A DNA stretch of 58,592 bases from a virus (IMGVR_UViG_3300041809_003506:1-58592), one strand, 5' to 3'; positions 18,124 to 27,458 are shown, counted from the first letter of the stretch. Notes: a model not told the origin generated them from the letters alone. Numbers and translations are program-made.

Positions 18124-19088
18124 CCTTGCGACTCTGGCGGCGGAATCCAGGGCTGCCCGCCGTAATTAGGTTGATTGTTGAACAGACCGCATGTCGCGTA
18201 GAGCTTGTTGCAGCCCGGATAGACCGTGAATGGGTCGCCGGCGGCGATTGCAAACGGAAAGGGATTGAGCAGCGATAACGTTTGATTGCCATCCCAGCCA
18301 GAGATCGTGCGCTGGAATCCGGCGTTCAAGCCGCCGGTGAAGACAATGCGACCGAGTAGGTAGGTTCCTGATCCCAGAGGCACCGGGAAGTCGGTGCCGA
18401 CGATAACCGCTTGTGTCGAGCTGGAGCCAGCCGTTCCATTGATGGCAAAGCTCGCCGCATTCATGTTGCCGGATGCGTTGCACCCGACGTCAAACAGGGT
18501 ATGCCGGCACTGCGCTTCATAGAAGTGCAGCGGCATCTGGATGGTGAGCAGCGACCGATAATCGTTGACCGTGAGCACGGCCACGGCGTTCGTGGTGTCG
18601 ACCTCCGCGACAGTGCCGGCGAAGATGGTTCGGCATCCGACCGGCGAAGCGCCACCGGGCGGCATCGGCCACGTCGGCAATGCCGAGAAAAAGGCCTCGT
18701 CGACCTGAAAGTCCGCGGCGTCGAGAGCTCCGCCAGAGGCCGCCTGCAGCCAGGGCACCGAGCCGATGGTGTCGGGAAACGCCGCTCCGGTCACCAAATC
18801 GAACGGCCGCGGCATCAGCACCAGCACCCAGGTATCGGTATCGGTGCCGACTTTCAGATGCGCTTGGGTCTTGCTCTGTTTCTGATCGACCTTGATGCCG
18901 CCGGACGGATACCTATAGCCGTTGACCAACGTGCTTGTGGAATTCCCGACGATGTCGAAGTCGGCATCAGTGAAGCGGATTCGTCCGCCCTGAAACATCG
19001 TGATCGTGTAGAGCCTTGCAACATAGAATGGCGCGGCCGTCTCGACGATGTTATTGAACAGCGCGATCAGTGCCGGAGTTGTCGTCAT
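18120..19088 (-). CDS. Baseplate hub protein (DUF2163/BR0599-like)
   Basis: RFTDADFD, CRHTLFDVGC, GDPFTVYPGCNK...C...FNNQPNYGGQPWIP. Confidence 0.88.
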   Translation of the reverse strand: MTTTPALIALFNNIVETAAPFYVARLYTITMFQGGRIRFTDADFDIVGNSTSTLVNGYRYPSGGIKVDQKQSKTQAHLKVGTDTDTWVLVLMPRPFDLVTGAAFPDTIGSVPWLQAASGGALDAADFQVDEAFFSALPTWPMPPGGASPVGCRTIFAGTVAEVDTTNAVAVLTVNDYRSLLTIQMPLHFYEAQCRHTLFDVGCNASGNMNAASFAINGTAGSSSTQAVIVGTDFPVPLGSGTYLLGRIVFTGGLNAGFQRTISGWDGNQTLSLLNPFPFAIAAGDPFTVYPGCNKLYATCGLFNNQPNYGGQPWIPPPESQG

Positions 19089-19091
19089 GGC

Positions 19092-19703
19092 TCACGGCAA
19101 TTTTTCCGTCGAGAATTTCAGGCTTTTCACTTCAGCCAGCGTCGACATGAAGTTGGAGAATTCGATCGAGTCATCGTCGAAACGACACGGCCAGTAGAAA
19201 AACCCGGTCCACGTCAACGCCGCGCCGGATGCCGGTGCGCTCGAGAAATTCACCACGCCGTAAGGCGAGATCGATGCCGGCACTACAGGCGACCCGGCGA
19301 CGTTAATCGTCGGCGTGCCGTTGACCAGAAACACCGGCTCGGTAAAACCGCCGAGCGTGCGCACCAACTGAAACGCCGTGGTGACGCCGTCGCCGGTACC
19401 GAATTCCTGATTGGCAGCCGCGTTATCGTTCGGATCGCTATAGGCCCAGAGCTGCCCCGGCCCCTGCACCGAGTTGATGAAGCCGAGCAGCGCCTGCCAT
19501 TCCAAAGCGACAAGACCGCCGAGCGCGATCGTCGCGGAATTCAGCGCATTGATCGTCAGCTCATAACTGTAGGTCGGATAGCTGTAGAGCGGCACGCGGG
19601 TGCGTTTGCCCGACAGCGCATCCTGCTTGACGGTATTCCAATTCACCGGCCGTTTGACCGGCCAGCCCAGGGCCGACAGCGTCGGGAAAACGGGAAGTGC
19701 CAT
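19092..19703 (-). CDS. Distal tail protein (DUF2460-like)
   Basis: SGKRTR, FGTGDGVTTAFQLVR, WTGFFYWPCRFDDD. Confidence 0.85.
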   Translation of the reverse strand: MALPVFPTLSALGWPVKRPVNWNTVKQDALSGKRTRVPLYSYPTYSYELTINALNSATIALGGLVALEWQALLGFINSVQGPGQLWAYSDPNDNAAANQEFGTGDGVTTAFQLVRTLGGFTEPVFLVNGTPTINVAGSPVVPASISPYGVVNFSSAPASGAALTWTGFFYWPCRFDDDSIEFSNFMSTLAEVKSLKFSTEKLP

Positions 19704-19706
19704 CGA

Positions 19707-21761
19707 TCATGCCAAGCTCGGATTGAGTGGGCCAGCACCGGAGAGCGCCTTCATCAGCTGTAGCGTGCCGCCACGCGTGAGCCAGCTCTGCACCGACGGG
19801 CCGTCCCACGCCATGATGTTCCAGTTGTGCGTCACGCCACCGCCGCTTGAACCGCCAGGCCCGGCATAGGGCGTCTGAACGTTCGCCGGCGTGATCGTCT
19901 CGCCGGCGTGGATCATCGCCAAGCCGCCGCCGAGCACATAGCCCCCAACGTCGAGCGCAGCGATGCCCAACAGCGAGAACAACGATTTGAAGCCACTCAG
20001 CAGGCCGCCAGCGCCGCCTGCAGCCGCCGCAGCACCGCCCCCAGCGGCCACCGCTGTTTCACCACTAAGCGCTACAGTGTTGGCGGCAACCGCCGCAGTC
20101 AGCGCCGTGACGGCCGTTGTGTTGGCCGTCTGCGCCGCGGCCTGGCCGCCGCCCAGCAAACCCCCGAGCAGGGACGTCGGACCGCCGCCCGTCAGCGAGG
20201 TCAGACCGACCGCCGCCTTCTCGATCGCCAGCTTCTCGAGATATTTGATCCCATCGAGGACCAAATCCTGGATGATCCTCTTCGTCGCGGTCGCCCAATT
20301 TTCTGTGCCGTCCAACAAGCCCTTTAATTGCGAGTCAAATGCCGACGTAAACGGAGTCAATGCCGCCTGCCATTCCTTGGCGTCTTTTTCTGCGGCCGCG
20401 ATGACGATCTTGTCGTGATCTGTTCGCCATTTCTGATCGAGCAGGAGCTTTTGATCGATGAGCTTCTGATATTGCGCCGCCGTCAATCCGGCGATCTGAG
20501 ATTCCGTATTGAGCGCCGCGAGCTCCTCAGTGTGACGGCGATTGAGCGCCTGCAGAAGAAGCTGCGTTTCCTGATCATAAGTGATCTGATGCAACTTGAC
20601 TTCGCCGGCGAGAATTTCCTGTGTCTGCTTGTAGGCGGCGTCATAGAGCTTGATCTGGGTCTGGAATTGCTCCATCTGCGCCGTTATGGCAGACCTATCG
20701 GGAGCCGCTGATGATGGCGCTTGCGGCTTTGCTTCACCGGGCTCACCAGCAAGGATTTTCTGCAGTTCGGTCGCCGCCTGCCGGGCGATGGCGTTGATCT
20801 TGTCGTCGCCCTCTTTCTGGATCTGTTCGACCCGCGCCAGCCCGGCCGCCCGATCAGAAGCGATGGCGCCCCAATTGAGCGTGAAGACATCCTTGGCAAT
20901 CGTGCCGAGATTGGCCAGCGCCTGGCCGAGTTCCGCCGCGCCAGTGGCGAGCGCGATCATCTCCCGTTGCCAGACCGTATGAGTTTGAATGGCAACGTTG
21001 ACACTACCGATCAGTTCGGTGGTGCCAGTGACGGCGCGCGTCAACGCCGGCGCTAACTCCGCAACTAACGCGCCGGCGGCGCCGGTGACGGCACCCTTCA
21101 AACCAACCAGCGCGCGCTCGAGCGCGCTCAAGCTATCGACAGCAGTCTTCGAAAGGACCGCGCCGGTATTATCGGCCACACCACGGAGCTTTTCGAGCCC
21201 GTCGCTGCCCTGATCGAGCACCGGGATCATCTGCGCGCCGGCGCGGCCAAGGAGCTCAATCGCGATCGCCGTCTTGTTTGGGCCATCGCCGAATTTGGCG
21301 AAGGCGTCGGCGATCTTGTTGAGCTGCTGATCAAGCGAAAGACTGCTCAGTTCTTTCGCCGACAGACCGAGTGCTTTCAGCGCCTGATAGGCCGGTCCGG
21401 CGCCCGATTGCGCCTTCTGCAGATTGACCTGCAGCCGCTCCATGGCGAGCGATAGCCCTTCGGCATCGCCGCCGGTCGACTTGGCGATGAAGCCGAGCTC
21501 CTGCACGCTCTTGGTTGATGTACCAAGGATTGCGGACGATCGCTCGACCTGTTCGCCGAGCTCGGCCATTTGCCCGACAAATGCGATAATCTTTTCGCTC
21601 GAAAATGCAACGCCGAAAACCTCGAGCAGCGACTTCGCGCCCGCGGTCACCTTGTCGGTTGACTCCTTGACCGACTCGATTGCCGACTTGGCGTCCTCGA
21701 CGCCCTTGATCAGCGCACCAATCGAGGCGGAGAATTGCACGCGGACGGTATCGGCCATCAA
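19707..21761 (-). CDS. Tape measure protein
   Basis: 684 aa, Ala-rich and helical; LLGRAGAQMIPVL; C-terminal DVGGYV...AMIHAGETI. Confidence 0.88.
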   Translation of the reverse strand: MMADTVRVQFSASIGALIKGVEDAKSAIESVKESTDKVTAGAKSLLEVFGVAFSSEKIIAFVGQMAELGEQVERSSAILGTSTKSVQELGFIAKSTGGDAEGLSLAMERLQVNLQKAQSGAGPAYQALKALGLSAKELSSLSLDQQLNKIADAFAKFGDGPNKTAIAIELLGRAGAQMIPVLDQGSDGLEKLRGVADNTGAVLSKTAVDSLSALERALVGLKGAVTGAAGALVAELAPALTRAVTGTTELIGSVNVAIQTHTVWQREMIALATGAAELGQALANLGTIAKDVFTLNWGAIASDRAAGLARVEQIQKEGDDKINAIARQAATELQKILAGEPGEAKPQAPSSAAPDRSAITAQMEQFQTQIKLYDAAYKQTQEILAGEVKLHQITYDQETQLLLQALNRRHTEELAALNTESQIAGLTAAQYQKLIDQKLLLDQKWRTDHDKIVIAAAEKDAKEWQAALTPFTSAFDSQLKGLLDGTENWATATKRIIQDLVLDGIKYLEKLAIEKAAVGLTSLTGGGPTSLLGGLLGGGQAAAQTANTTAVTALTAAVAANTVALSGETAVAAGGGAAAAAGGAGGLLSGFKSLFSLLGIAALDVGGYVLGGGLAMIHAGETITPANVQTPYAGPGGSSGGGVTHNWNIMAWDGPSVQSWLTRGGTLQLMKALSGAGPLNPSLA

Positions 21762-22049
21762 TCAGCCTCGCATGATCCCGTCGGGATAGCGCATCTTGAT
21801 TTCCGCGATGGTCGGCGGCCGCCGCTTGTCGTCAGGGGATGTATCGGGCGGGGGTTTGTAGCCGATGAAGCCAGCAACCAGGTCGCGCAGCGGGGGATGC
21901 TTGCGCCAGTATTTGAGCAATGCCATCACGTCGTCGAAGGTCATTTCCTCGATCTGCGCCGGCGTCCATCCGGTATTGGAAATCAGCCGCCCGAACAGCT
22001 CGTCCCAGAACTCTATCCAGTTGCCTCCGCCCGGGGCGCCGTAGGGTTT
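21762..22049 (-). CDS. Tail assembly chaperone, second (-1 frameshift) segment
   Basis: The -1 frame opens exactly at A AAC CCT and reads KPYGAPGGGNWIEFWDELFGRLISNTGWTPAQIEEMTF...YWRKHPP. Confidence 0.7.
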   Translation of the reverse strand, partial: KPYGAPGGGNWIEFWDELFGRLISNTGWTPAQIEEMTFDDVMALLKYWRKHPPLRDLVAGFIGYKPPPDTSPDDKRRPPTIAEIKMRYPDGIMRG

Positions 22050-22303
22050 TCAGCCGCAGCCTTCGTGAAGCCGGCGAACTCAAGGATCGCCGAGACGGCG
22101 GCGCCGATCTCGGTAACCTCGGCCTCGATCGCCATCGGGTCGATCGGCTTTGGATCGGCGCGCTTGAGCGCAATCGCCAGGATCGAGAACGAGATATCGT
22201 CCTTGTCCCCGGAGAACGCCTTGGTGACCTCGCGCATTTGCCCGAGGTTGAGCTTGGGGACGGAATAATCGACGCCGCCCAGCGTCACTGTGATGCTGGC
22301 CAT
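22013..22303 (-). CDS. Tail assembly chaperone (G-like)
   Basis: MASITVTLGGVDYSVPKLNLGQ; lies between the tail tube and tape measure genes. Confidence 0.75.
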   Translation of the reverse strand: MASITVTLGGVDYSVPKLNLGQMREVTKAFSGDKDDISFSILAIALKRADPKPIDPMAIEAEVTEIGAAVSAILEFAGFTKAAAENPTAPRAEATG

Positions 22304-22305
22304 GA

Positions 22306-23046
22306 TCAGAACGTATCCGGGAAGGACCACTCGCCCATATTGCCGGCGGCGTTGACGTAGCACTCGCCCTCGAAGTCCGGCAGCGTGAAATCCTCGAGCT
22401 TGGTGCCGAAGGAAAGCTTCGCCATCACCACATTGTAGAGCTGCAGCGTCATGTTGCCGCCTGTGGTCGGATCGACGGTATAGAGATTGGCGCCGAAGCT
22501 CACGGTCGGACCGATCAGCGGATTGGGAATCGTGATCGTCTGCCCGGTCGAGGCAACCGTGTAATTGTACGAGATCAACACCTTCGCCGAGGCGTCGCCG
22601 GAATAGAACGTATAAACGCCGGCCGAGACGCTGTATTGCCCGACGGCTGAAACCGAAGCAACCCGCGTCAGCGGCAATCCGGTTGCCGCATAGATGACGC
22701 CCTGATCTTGCACCCAAGTCGTATGATTTGCGGTCTGGATGGTGTAGGTCGAGCTCGCCGGAACTGTGCCCGCTTCGCCGATCGCCGTGGTGTTTTGACC
22801 GGCGACGGCTGCGATGCCGTAATAGAGCGAAGCAAACATCAGCCCGCTGATGCGGGCCGACTTCGCTTTCAGCGTCGTCTTGATGGTTCCTGCCCCGACG
22901 GCGAGCGCCCGGCGGTTCTGCCCAAAGAGCGACTTGAGCGTGCCGGCCTCATCGAAGGTTGCTTCTTGGATGAGACCGAAATTCACTGGCGTCGGCACTG
23001 CTCCCGCAGGAGTGCCGATCAAAACGCCGGAGCCGAATGAGAACAT
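22306..23046 (-). CDS. Major tail (tube) protein
   Basis: AGGAGG SD; MFSFGSG...KSLFGQ...KLEDFTLPDFE; synteny. Confidence 0.8.
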   Translation of the reverse strand: MFSFGSGVLIGTPAGAVPTPVNFGLIQEATFDEAGTLKSLFGQNRRALAVGAGTIKTTLKAKSARISGLMFASLYYGIAAVAGQNTTAIGEAGTVPASSTYTIQTANHTTWVQDQGVIYAATGLPLTRVASVSAVGQYSVSAGVYTFYSGDASAKVLISYNYTVASTGQTITIPNPLIGPTVSFGANLYTVDPTTGGNMTLQLYNVVMAKLSFGTKLEDFTLPDFEGECYVNAAGNMGEWSFPDTF

Positions 23047-23099
23047 GGTCGAGCCCTCCTGAAAGAGCCTGGGTTGCTGGTGTTAAAGAAAGAAAGTTC

Positions 23100-23288
23100 T
23101 CAGCCGGCCTTATCGAGCCGCACCTTGAGATCGTCGAGCGCCTTCTGCAGCACGTTCCAGCACTCGGTATTCCGAGATATCGCCGAGTTGACGAAGTTCG
23201 CGGCGACCCATTGGCTGACGAGCTGATCGTATTTGCCAGCCGGCGCAGCGGCGGCATTGGCTGCAGTCGCGGTTGTCTCTTCGACCAT
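23100..23288 (-). CDS. Small hypothetical protein
   Basis: MVEETTA...; 62 aa, in the operon. Confidence 0.55.
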   Translation of the reverse strand: MVEETTATAANAAAAPAGKYDQLVSQWVAANFVNSAISRNTECWNVLQKALDDLKVRLDKAG

Positions 23289-23302
23289 GATATTTGATCC
23301 CT

Positions 23303-23752
23303 CTATGGCAGGATAATTTCGATCGGCACGGCGCACAGGCTCTTGCCGGTAGTGTCGCCGGCGGCACGGACGCCTTCGGCTTTCAGCATGCAGGAATAGA
23401 CCAGGCCGCCGAGCGTAAAGCGCCCGACCATCGGATTATCGGGTGCCAACGCAGCCTCGATCGCTTCCATGAAGTAATTGACCTGCGTCGCCGGGATCAG
23501 ATTTTCGTCCGTGCCGACGTCGGTGTAGAGGATCGCCCACACCAGCATCTTGCGGATCGGCGGAACGGAGGGCGACGGCCGCTCCCATTCGTCCTTGTAT
23601 TCGACCAGAAACAACGCGGGGCGTTCGTTGCCGGGAACATTCTCAGGATCGCGCAGCCGGCGGCCGATTGCCACCAGCGCCTTACCCTGCGCGGTGATAC
23701 CTTCGAGCTGCGCCACCAGCGCAGTCATGATCTGCTCGCGGGTCGCGCCCAT
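23303..23752 (-). CDS. Tail terminator / completion protein
   Basis: REQIM...PALFL...TLGGLVYSC...VPIEIILP; synteny. Confidence 0.7.
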   Translation of the reverse strand: MGATREQIMTALVAQLEGITAQGKALVAIGRRLRDPENVPGNERPALFLVEYKDEWERPSPSVPPIRKMLVWAILYTDVGTDENLIPATQVNYFMEAIEAALAPDNPMVGRFTLGGLVYSCMLKAEGVRAAGDTTGKSLCAVPIEIILP

Positions 23753-24255
23753 CAGTCATTCCCGGCTTCCGACTGATCGATTGCCCCAGATGCAGCCATG
23801 GTCCCGGCCGCGGTCAAGCGCGCCTGAATATCGTCTTTCTGTTCCTGCAGCGTCGAATTGAGCACCGAATGCGGTTTGATCTGCGCGCCGGGATTGTGGA
23901 CGAGCCCGGCAAAGACTTCGCCGCTCGAGCCGAGGAAATGCAGCGCCTTGACATTCTTCGGCGCGATATCTCTTGGCGGTGTATGGCCGCCCCATTCCAG
24001 AACGCCCGCCCGAGGATCCTTGGTGAAGACCTGGCCGCTCACGCTCTTGGGGTTGACCTTCACCTTCGACTGGAAGCTTTCCAGATATTCTCCGGTGATG
24101 ACCTTGACGACATCGCCGCCGGCCTTTTCCTTGACCGCGCCGAACAGTAATTCCGTCAGGAGGGTCGCTTCGCCGACCAGCGCTTGCTTGACGACATCAG
24201 GAAGCTGATCAAGCTTGCCAGACAGATCCCCGGTATTGACCGTGACGCGGAGCAT
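23752..24255 (-). CDS. Neck / tail-completion protein (HK97 gp10-like)
   Basis: LEWGG...KALHF...VHNPG motif; synteny. Confidence 0.7.
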   Translation of the reverse strand: MLRVTVNTGDLSGKLDQLPDVVKQALVGEATLLTELLFGAVKEKAGGDVVKVITGEYLESFQSKVKVNPKSVSGQVFTKDPRAGVLEWGGHTPPRDIAPKNVKALHFLGSSGEVFAGLVHNPGAQIKPHSVLNSTLQEQKDDIQARLTAAGTMAASGAIDQSEAGND

Positions 24256-24668
24256 CAGACGCCCTCCGCTTTGCCCGCAATAGCGCCCGCAACAATGCGA
24301 GTGCCAGGATCGACTTCAGTGATATTGAAAAGCTCCGTTCCAGGAACGAATGAGTCATCGACCATCGTCCCCGGAATGATCCGATCGTTCTTGCGCAGCG
24401 GCAACGGAAAGCGCTGCTCGGCAAGATCGGCCTGCAGCACGATGAACTCGCGCAAGCCCTCGCTGATTGCCCCAGACTTCGCACCCGATCCGATCGGCGC
24501 CGTCGGCTGATAGGCGCGGAACACCGCCAGCACGACAGCGTCCGTCGTTGCGACGTTCGGCGCCTGGCCGGAAACGCGGCGGAACAGTACCGCTTGCCCG
24601 GTGCGCGCCAGCATGCGCCGATAGGCCGCGACCGCGTTGCGGTCGGGAAGCGCCGGCGCGATGGTCAC
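24255..24668 (-). CDS. Head closure / joining protein
   Basis: Size and synteny downstream of the connector. Confidence 0.55.
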   Translation of the reverse strand: MTIAPALPDRNAVAAYRRMLARTGQAVLFRRVSGQAPNVATTDAVVLAVFRAYQPTAPIGSGAKSGAISEGLREFIVLQADLAEQRFPLPLRKNDRIIPGTMVDDSFVPGTELFNITEVDPGTRIVAGAIAGKAEGV

Positions 24669-25138
24669 CGCGCCACGCCGTTGACGGCGACCAAGGTCTG
24701 CCCGGCATAGGTGCCGGTCGAAACCACGCAGGCCTGCAAACGATCTCCGATCGGTCCGTTGAGCACCGTGTTATTCGACAAGGCAAGATTGCTCGGCGCC
24801 GTCGGCGTGGTGACGGAATTCAACCCCGACAGATTGACCAGCTCGACGCCGGATGAAGTCGTGAATTCGATATTGGCAATATCGAAGAAGCTCTGCCCCT
24901 GATCGACGCTCGTCTGGATGAAGACGTTGGTCTGCGTTCCGCCGGAACCGTAGGCAAAGCGCACCTGCAGGGTGACGGCATCGAGGCCTTGAAGGTTTAT
25001 AACCGGAACCGGCGAGCATTGCGTCCCGGCCGCGGCAACGATGAAGTTGCCGAGGTTAAAGGGACCGGGATTGTCCATCGCCAGCGCCGGCGCGAGCAAC
25101 GCGCAGAGCGCGAAAAGCAAAACTCCGATGCGGCGCAT
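24665..25138 (-). CDS. Virion-associated beta protein with signal peptide
   Basis: MRRIGVLLFALCALLAPALA/MDNPGP; FAYGSGG...IQTSVDQG..FFDIA. Confidence 0.7.
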   Translation of the reverse strand: MRRIGVLLFALCALLAPALAMDNPGPFNLGNFIVAAAGTQCSPVPVINLQGLDAVTLQVRFAYGSGGTQTNVFIQTSVDQGQSFFDIANIEFTTSSGVELVNLSGLNSVTTPTAPSNLALSNNTVLNGPIGDRLQACVVSTGTYAGQTLVAVNGVAR

Positions 25139-25142
25139 GTTA

Positions 25143-26201
25143 TTATCCAATCACCGGCATGCGATGCTGATCGATCATCGCGGCGATATCAGGCGGGAAC
25201 TGGCCATCGGAACCGGGCCCCGAGGCGAACCAATATTGCGTCTCCAGCGCGCCGACGACGTTCTCGGAACGGATCGAGGGATCGCGCAACCGCCCGTAGT
25301 AGCGCCGCTTGATCAATTGCTCGCAGGCGTCCTGCAGCTCGGGCGGCAGCGTTTCTTTGGTATAGCCCGCCCAATACTGCACGGCGATCGGCAGTGCCTC
25401 CCAGCGCCGCGGCATGCCGTCTGTGAAGTACCGGGTGAGCTGCGCCTTGCCTCGATCGGCGATGTAATCGACGCCCTCGATCAGATTGGTCGGCAGATTG
25501 TTATTGTCAGCATTCGGGACATTCACGGTCACCGAAATGAAGATCGGAAACGTCGGCGCCTGGCCTGCAGTCAAGAGCCCCGCGGCGGGCTCGGTCCATG
25601 ATGCATTCAGGCTGATCGGCGAGGCATTCTGCAGGATCTCCGTTCCTGCGCTCGTCGAGACATAGACGTTCCAGCCGATGGCAAGAGCGGCCGGATCCGG
25701 TTGCGGGTTATCGACCTGCAACAGGCTTCCTGCCGGCACTACGAGGTTCTGTTCTGTCGACGTCCCGGTCTCGCCGGTTGCCGTCACGAACGTCGTGCGC
25801 ACGAAGTAGTTTGTCCGTGCCAGAGATCCGCCGCCCACCGCAGCGATCGTCGATGGCAGCGGCGGCGCCGTGCCGGAGAGCGAAGGTGTGCCTCCGATCG
25901 GCCATTGCGAGAGCTGCAACGGTGCGAATCCCGAGGGCAGCTGCCACGGATAGGGATCGCGGAACGCCCAGAATTGCTCGAGATAGCCCTGCAGCTGGAA
26001 CGTGCGATTGCAGTGCCTTCGAATATCGGTCGAGACCCGCGTGATCGCCCGCTGCAGGAACTTATCAGCGGAACCATCCTTGATATCGAGATCGTCCTTG
26101 AGCGTCGGCAGATCGATCAGATCGTACAAACCGCCGCCCTGGAACAATCCCGCGGTCGGAACCGCGACCGACTCGATGATGGTAGGGCCGGGAGAGACCA
26201 T
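25143..26201 (-). CDS. Head-tail connector (gp6/gp15-like) with inserted FN3-like domain
   Basis: LIDLPTLKDDL...IRRHCNR and YWAGY...LPPELQDAC flanking a beta-rich insert. Confidence 0.75.
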   Translation of the reverse strand: MVSPGPTIIESVAVPTAGLFQGGGLYDLIDLPTLKDDLDIKDGSADKFLQRAITRVSTDIRRHCNRTFQLQGYLEQFWAFRDPYPWQLPSGFAPLQLSQWPIGGTPSLSGTAPPLPSTIAAVGGGSLARTNYFVRTTFVTATGETGTSTEQNLVVPAGSLLQVDNPQPDPAALAIGWNVYVSTSAGTEILQNASPISLNASWTEPAAGLLTAGQAPTFPIFISVTVNVPNADNNNLPTNLIEGVDYIADRGKAQLTRYFTDGMPRRWEALPIAVQYWAGYTKETLPPELQDACEQLIKRRYYGRLRDPSIRSENVVGALETQYWFASGPGSDGQFPPDIAAMIDQHRMPVIG

Positions 26202-26220
26202 GGTCGACCTTCCGGCTCAT

Positions 26221-26697
26221 TCAGGACGTCAGCTTCGTCCAGCGCACTAGCAGTTTGCCGCCGGTCGTCGCCGTGCCGCCGGTATTGTTGATGGTGTTAG
26301 CGCCGGTGATGGTGAATTGGCTGGTGAGATCGGAGATATCGGTCACCGCCGTACCGGCGCCGATGAAATACAGCACTTCGTCGAGCTCGTCGCCGACTTT
26401 GATCCCGGTCGCCGTAAAATTGCCCGCCGCGCCGCCAGCAAGCAAAATGTGTTTGGCGAAGCCGCCGCCGCCGATACCCGATCCGGCCACCACCGGCTGC
26501 ACCGCCGATGCCGCAGCTGCACCCTCGGCTGCCGTAGCAAAGGCCGATGATGCCTGAGTTGCCGCGGAGCCGAGCCCGAGAGCAGTCCGGGCCGCCCCCG
26601 CATTCCCTGCAAAAATATCGGCGACAGATGCGTCACTCGGCGTTTCGCCGCTGGCGCTGGTCTCACTGACAACGAGCTTAGTGTTGACATCGACCAT
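26221..26697 (-). CDS. Head-fibre or decoration-like protein
   Basis: AARTALGLGSAAT fibre motif; Gly/Ala/Thr rich. Confidence 0.6.
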   Translation of the reverse strand: MVDVNTKLVVSETSASGETPSDASVADIFAGNAGAARTALGLGSAATQASSAFATAAEGAAAASAVQPVVAGSGIGGGGFAKHILLAGGAAGNFTATGIKVGDELDEVLYFIGAGTAVTDISDLTSQFTITGANTINNTGGTATTGGKLLVRWTKLTS

Positions 26698-26710
26698 CTT
26701 AGCGGTCCCC

Positions 26711-27127
26711 TCAGTTATAGTTCGCCGAGATGAACGCCGTGTCGGTGCCGGTGGTGTAGGTGAAGGGCGATGACGCAGAGGTCACCAGGATGGTGATGCC
26801 CAGCGAAAACTCGATGCCGCCCGGCGAATAGTTGATCAAGCAGCCCGCGCCGCTGGTATCGAAATAGCAAGCATCGAGCACCAGCGCGCCGGTCAGCGAG
26901 CCGGTATTCGGCGCCGCGACGCCATTATACGCGATGCACCAGCCGGCTGCGCCGCCGACGACGCCGGTGCAATTGAAATACGCCAGGACATGCTGCGGCT
27001 TGGTCTCAACGACCAAGGAGGTTCCGAGCGAGAGGCTATTGGCATGCGAGAACAGCGCGGTCTGCGCCAGCGCCGCGCCGCAGAACAGAAACCACAGACC
27101 GACGATTGATCGGGCGATCAGCTTCAT
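26711..27127 (-). CDS. Virion-associated beta protein with signal peptide
   Basis: MKLIARSIVGLWFLFCGAALA/QT; 4 Cys in the mature part. Confidence 0.7.
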   Translation of the reverse strand: MKLIARSIVGLWFLFCGAALAQTALFSHANSLSLGTSLVVETKPQHVLAYFNCTGVVGGAAGWCIAYNGVAAPNTGSLTGALVLDACYFDTSGAGCLINYSPGGIEFSLGITILVTSASSPFTYTTGTDTAFISANYN

Positions 27128-27134
27128 GACCGGC

Positions 27135-27458
27135 TCATTTCTGTTCGCTAGTGTTTGCTTGCTCATTGCCGAGGATTTCGGCAAACGCGCTTTTAACCTC
27201 GGCGGTCTCAGCGCGAATGCGCTTGACGCCTTCCTTGCCGTTGGCGATCTCGGTCGCGAGCTCGGTCAGCGCGGCGGCGGAATCAAGTTTCAGATCGTCG
27301 ATCTGCTTTTTAAGATCAACGAGTCCCAGGCGCACCTGCGCCGCCAATGACTTGCCACCGATCTCCGGCATCTTTGCAACCTCGCGCGGCTTTGCACCGC
27401 CGAATTGGGCGATCGCCTCACTCAACATGCGATCGAGTTTTTCGCCCGCAGGCGTCAC
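27135..27458 (-). CDS. Coiled-coil hypothetical protein
   Basis: GTG start overlapping the upstream TGA. Confidence 0.55.
   Translation of the reverse strand: MTPAGEKLDRMLSEAIAQFGGAKPREVAKMPEIGGKSLAAQVRLGLVDLKKQIDDLKLDSAAALTELATEIANGKEGVKRIRAETAEVKSAFAEILGNEQANTSEQK

Noticed and set aside
14151-19703. Gene transfer agent
   Set aside because: The baseplate genes are GTA-like, but integrase, immunity, replication and a long tape measure indicate a true prophage.
25139-25150. Apparent MDN...MDN duplication at the start of ORF 24665-25150
   Set aside because: The first M is a TTG inside the upstream gene; the real start is probably the ATG at 25138.
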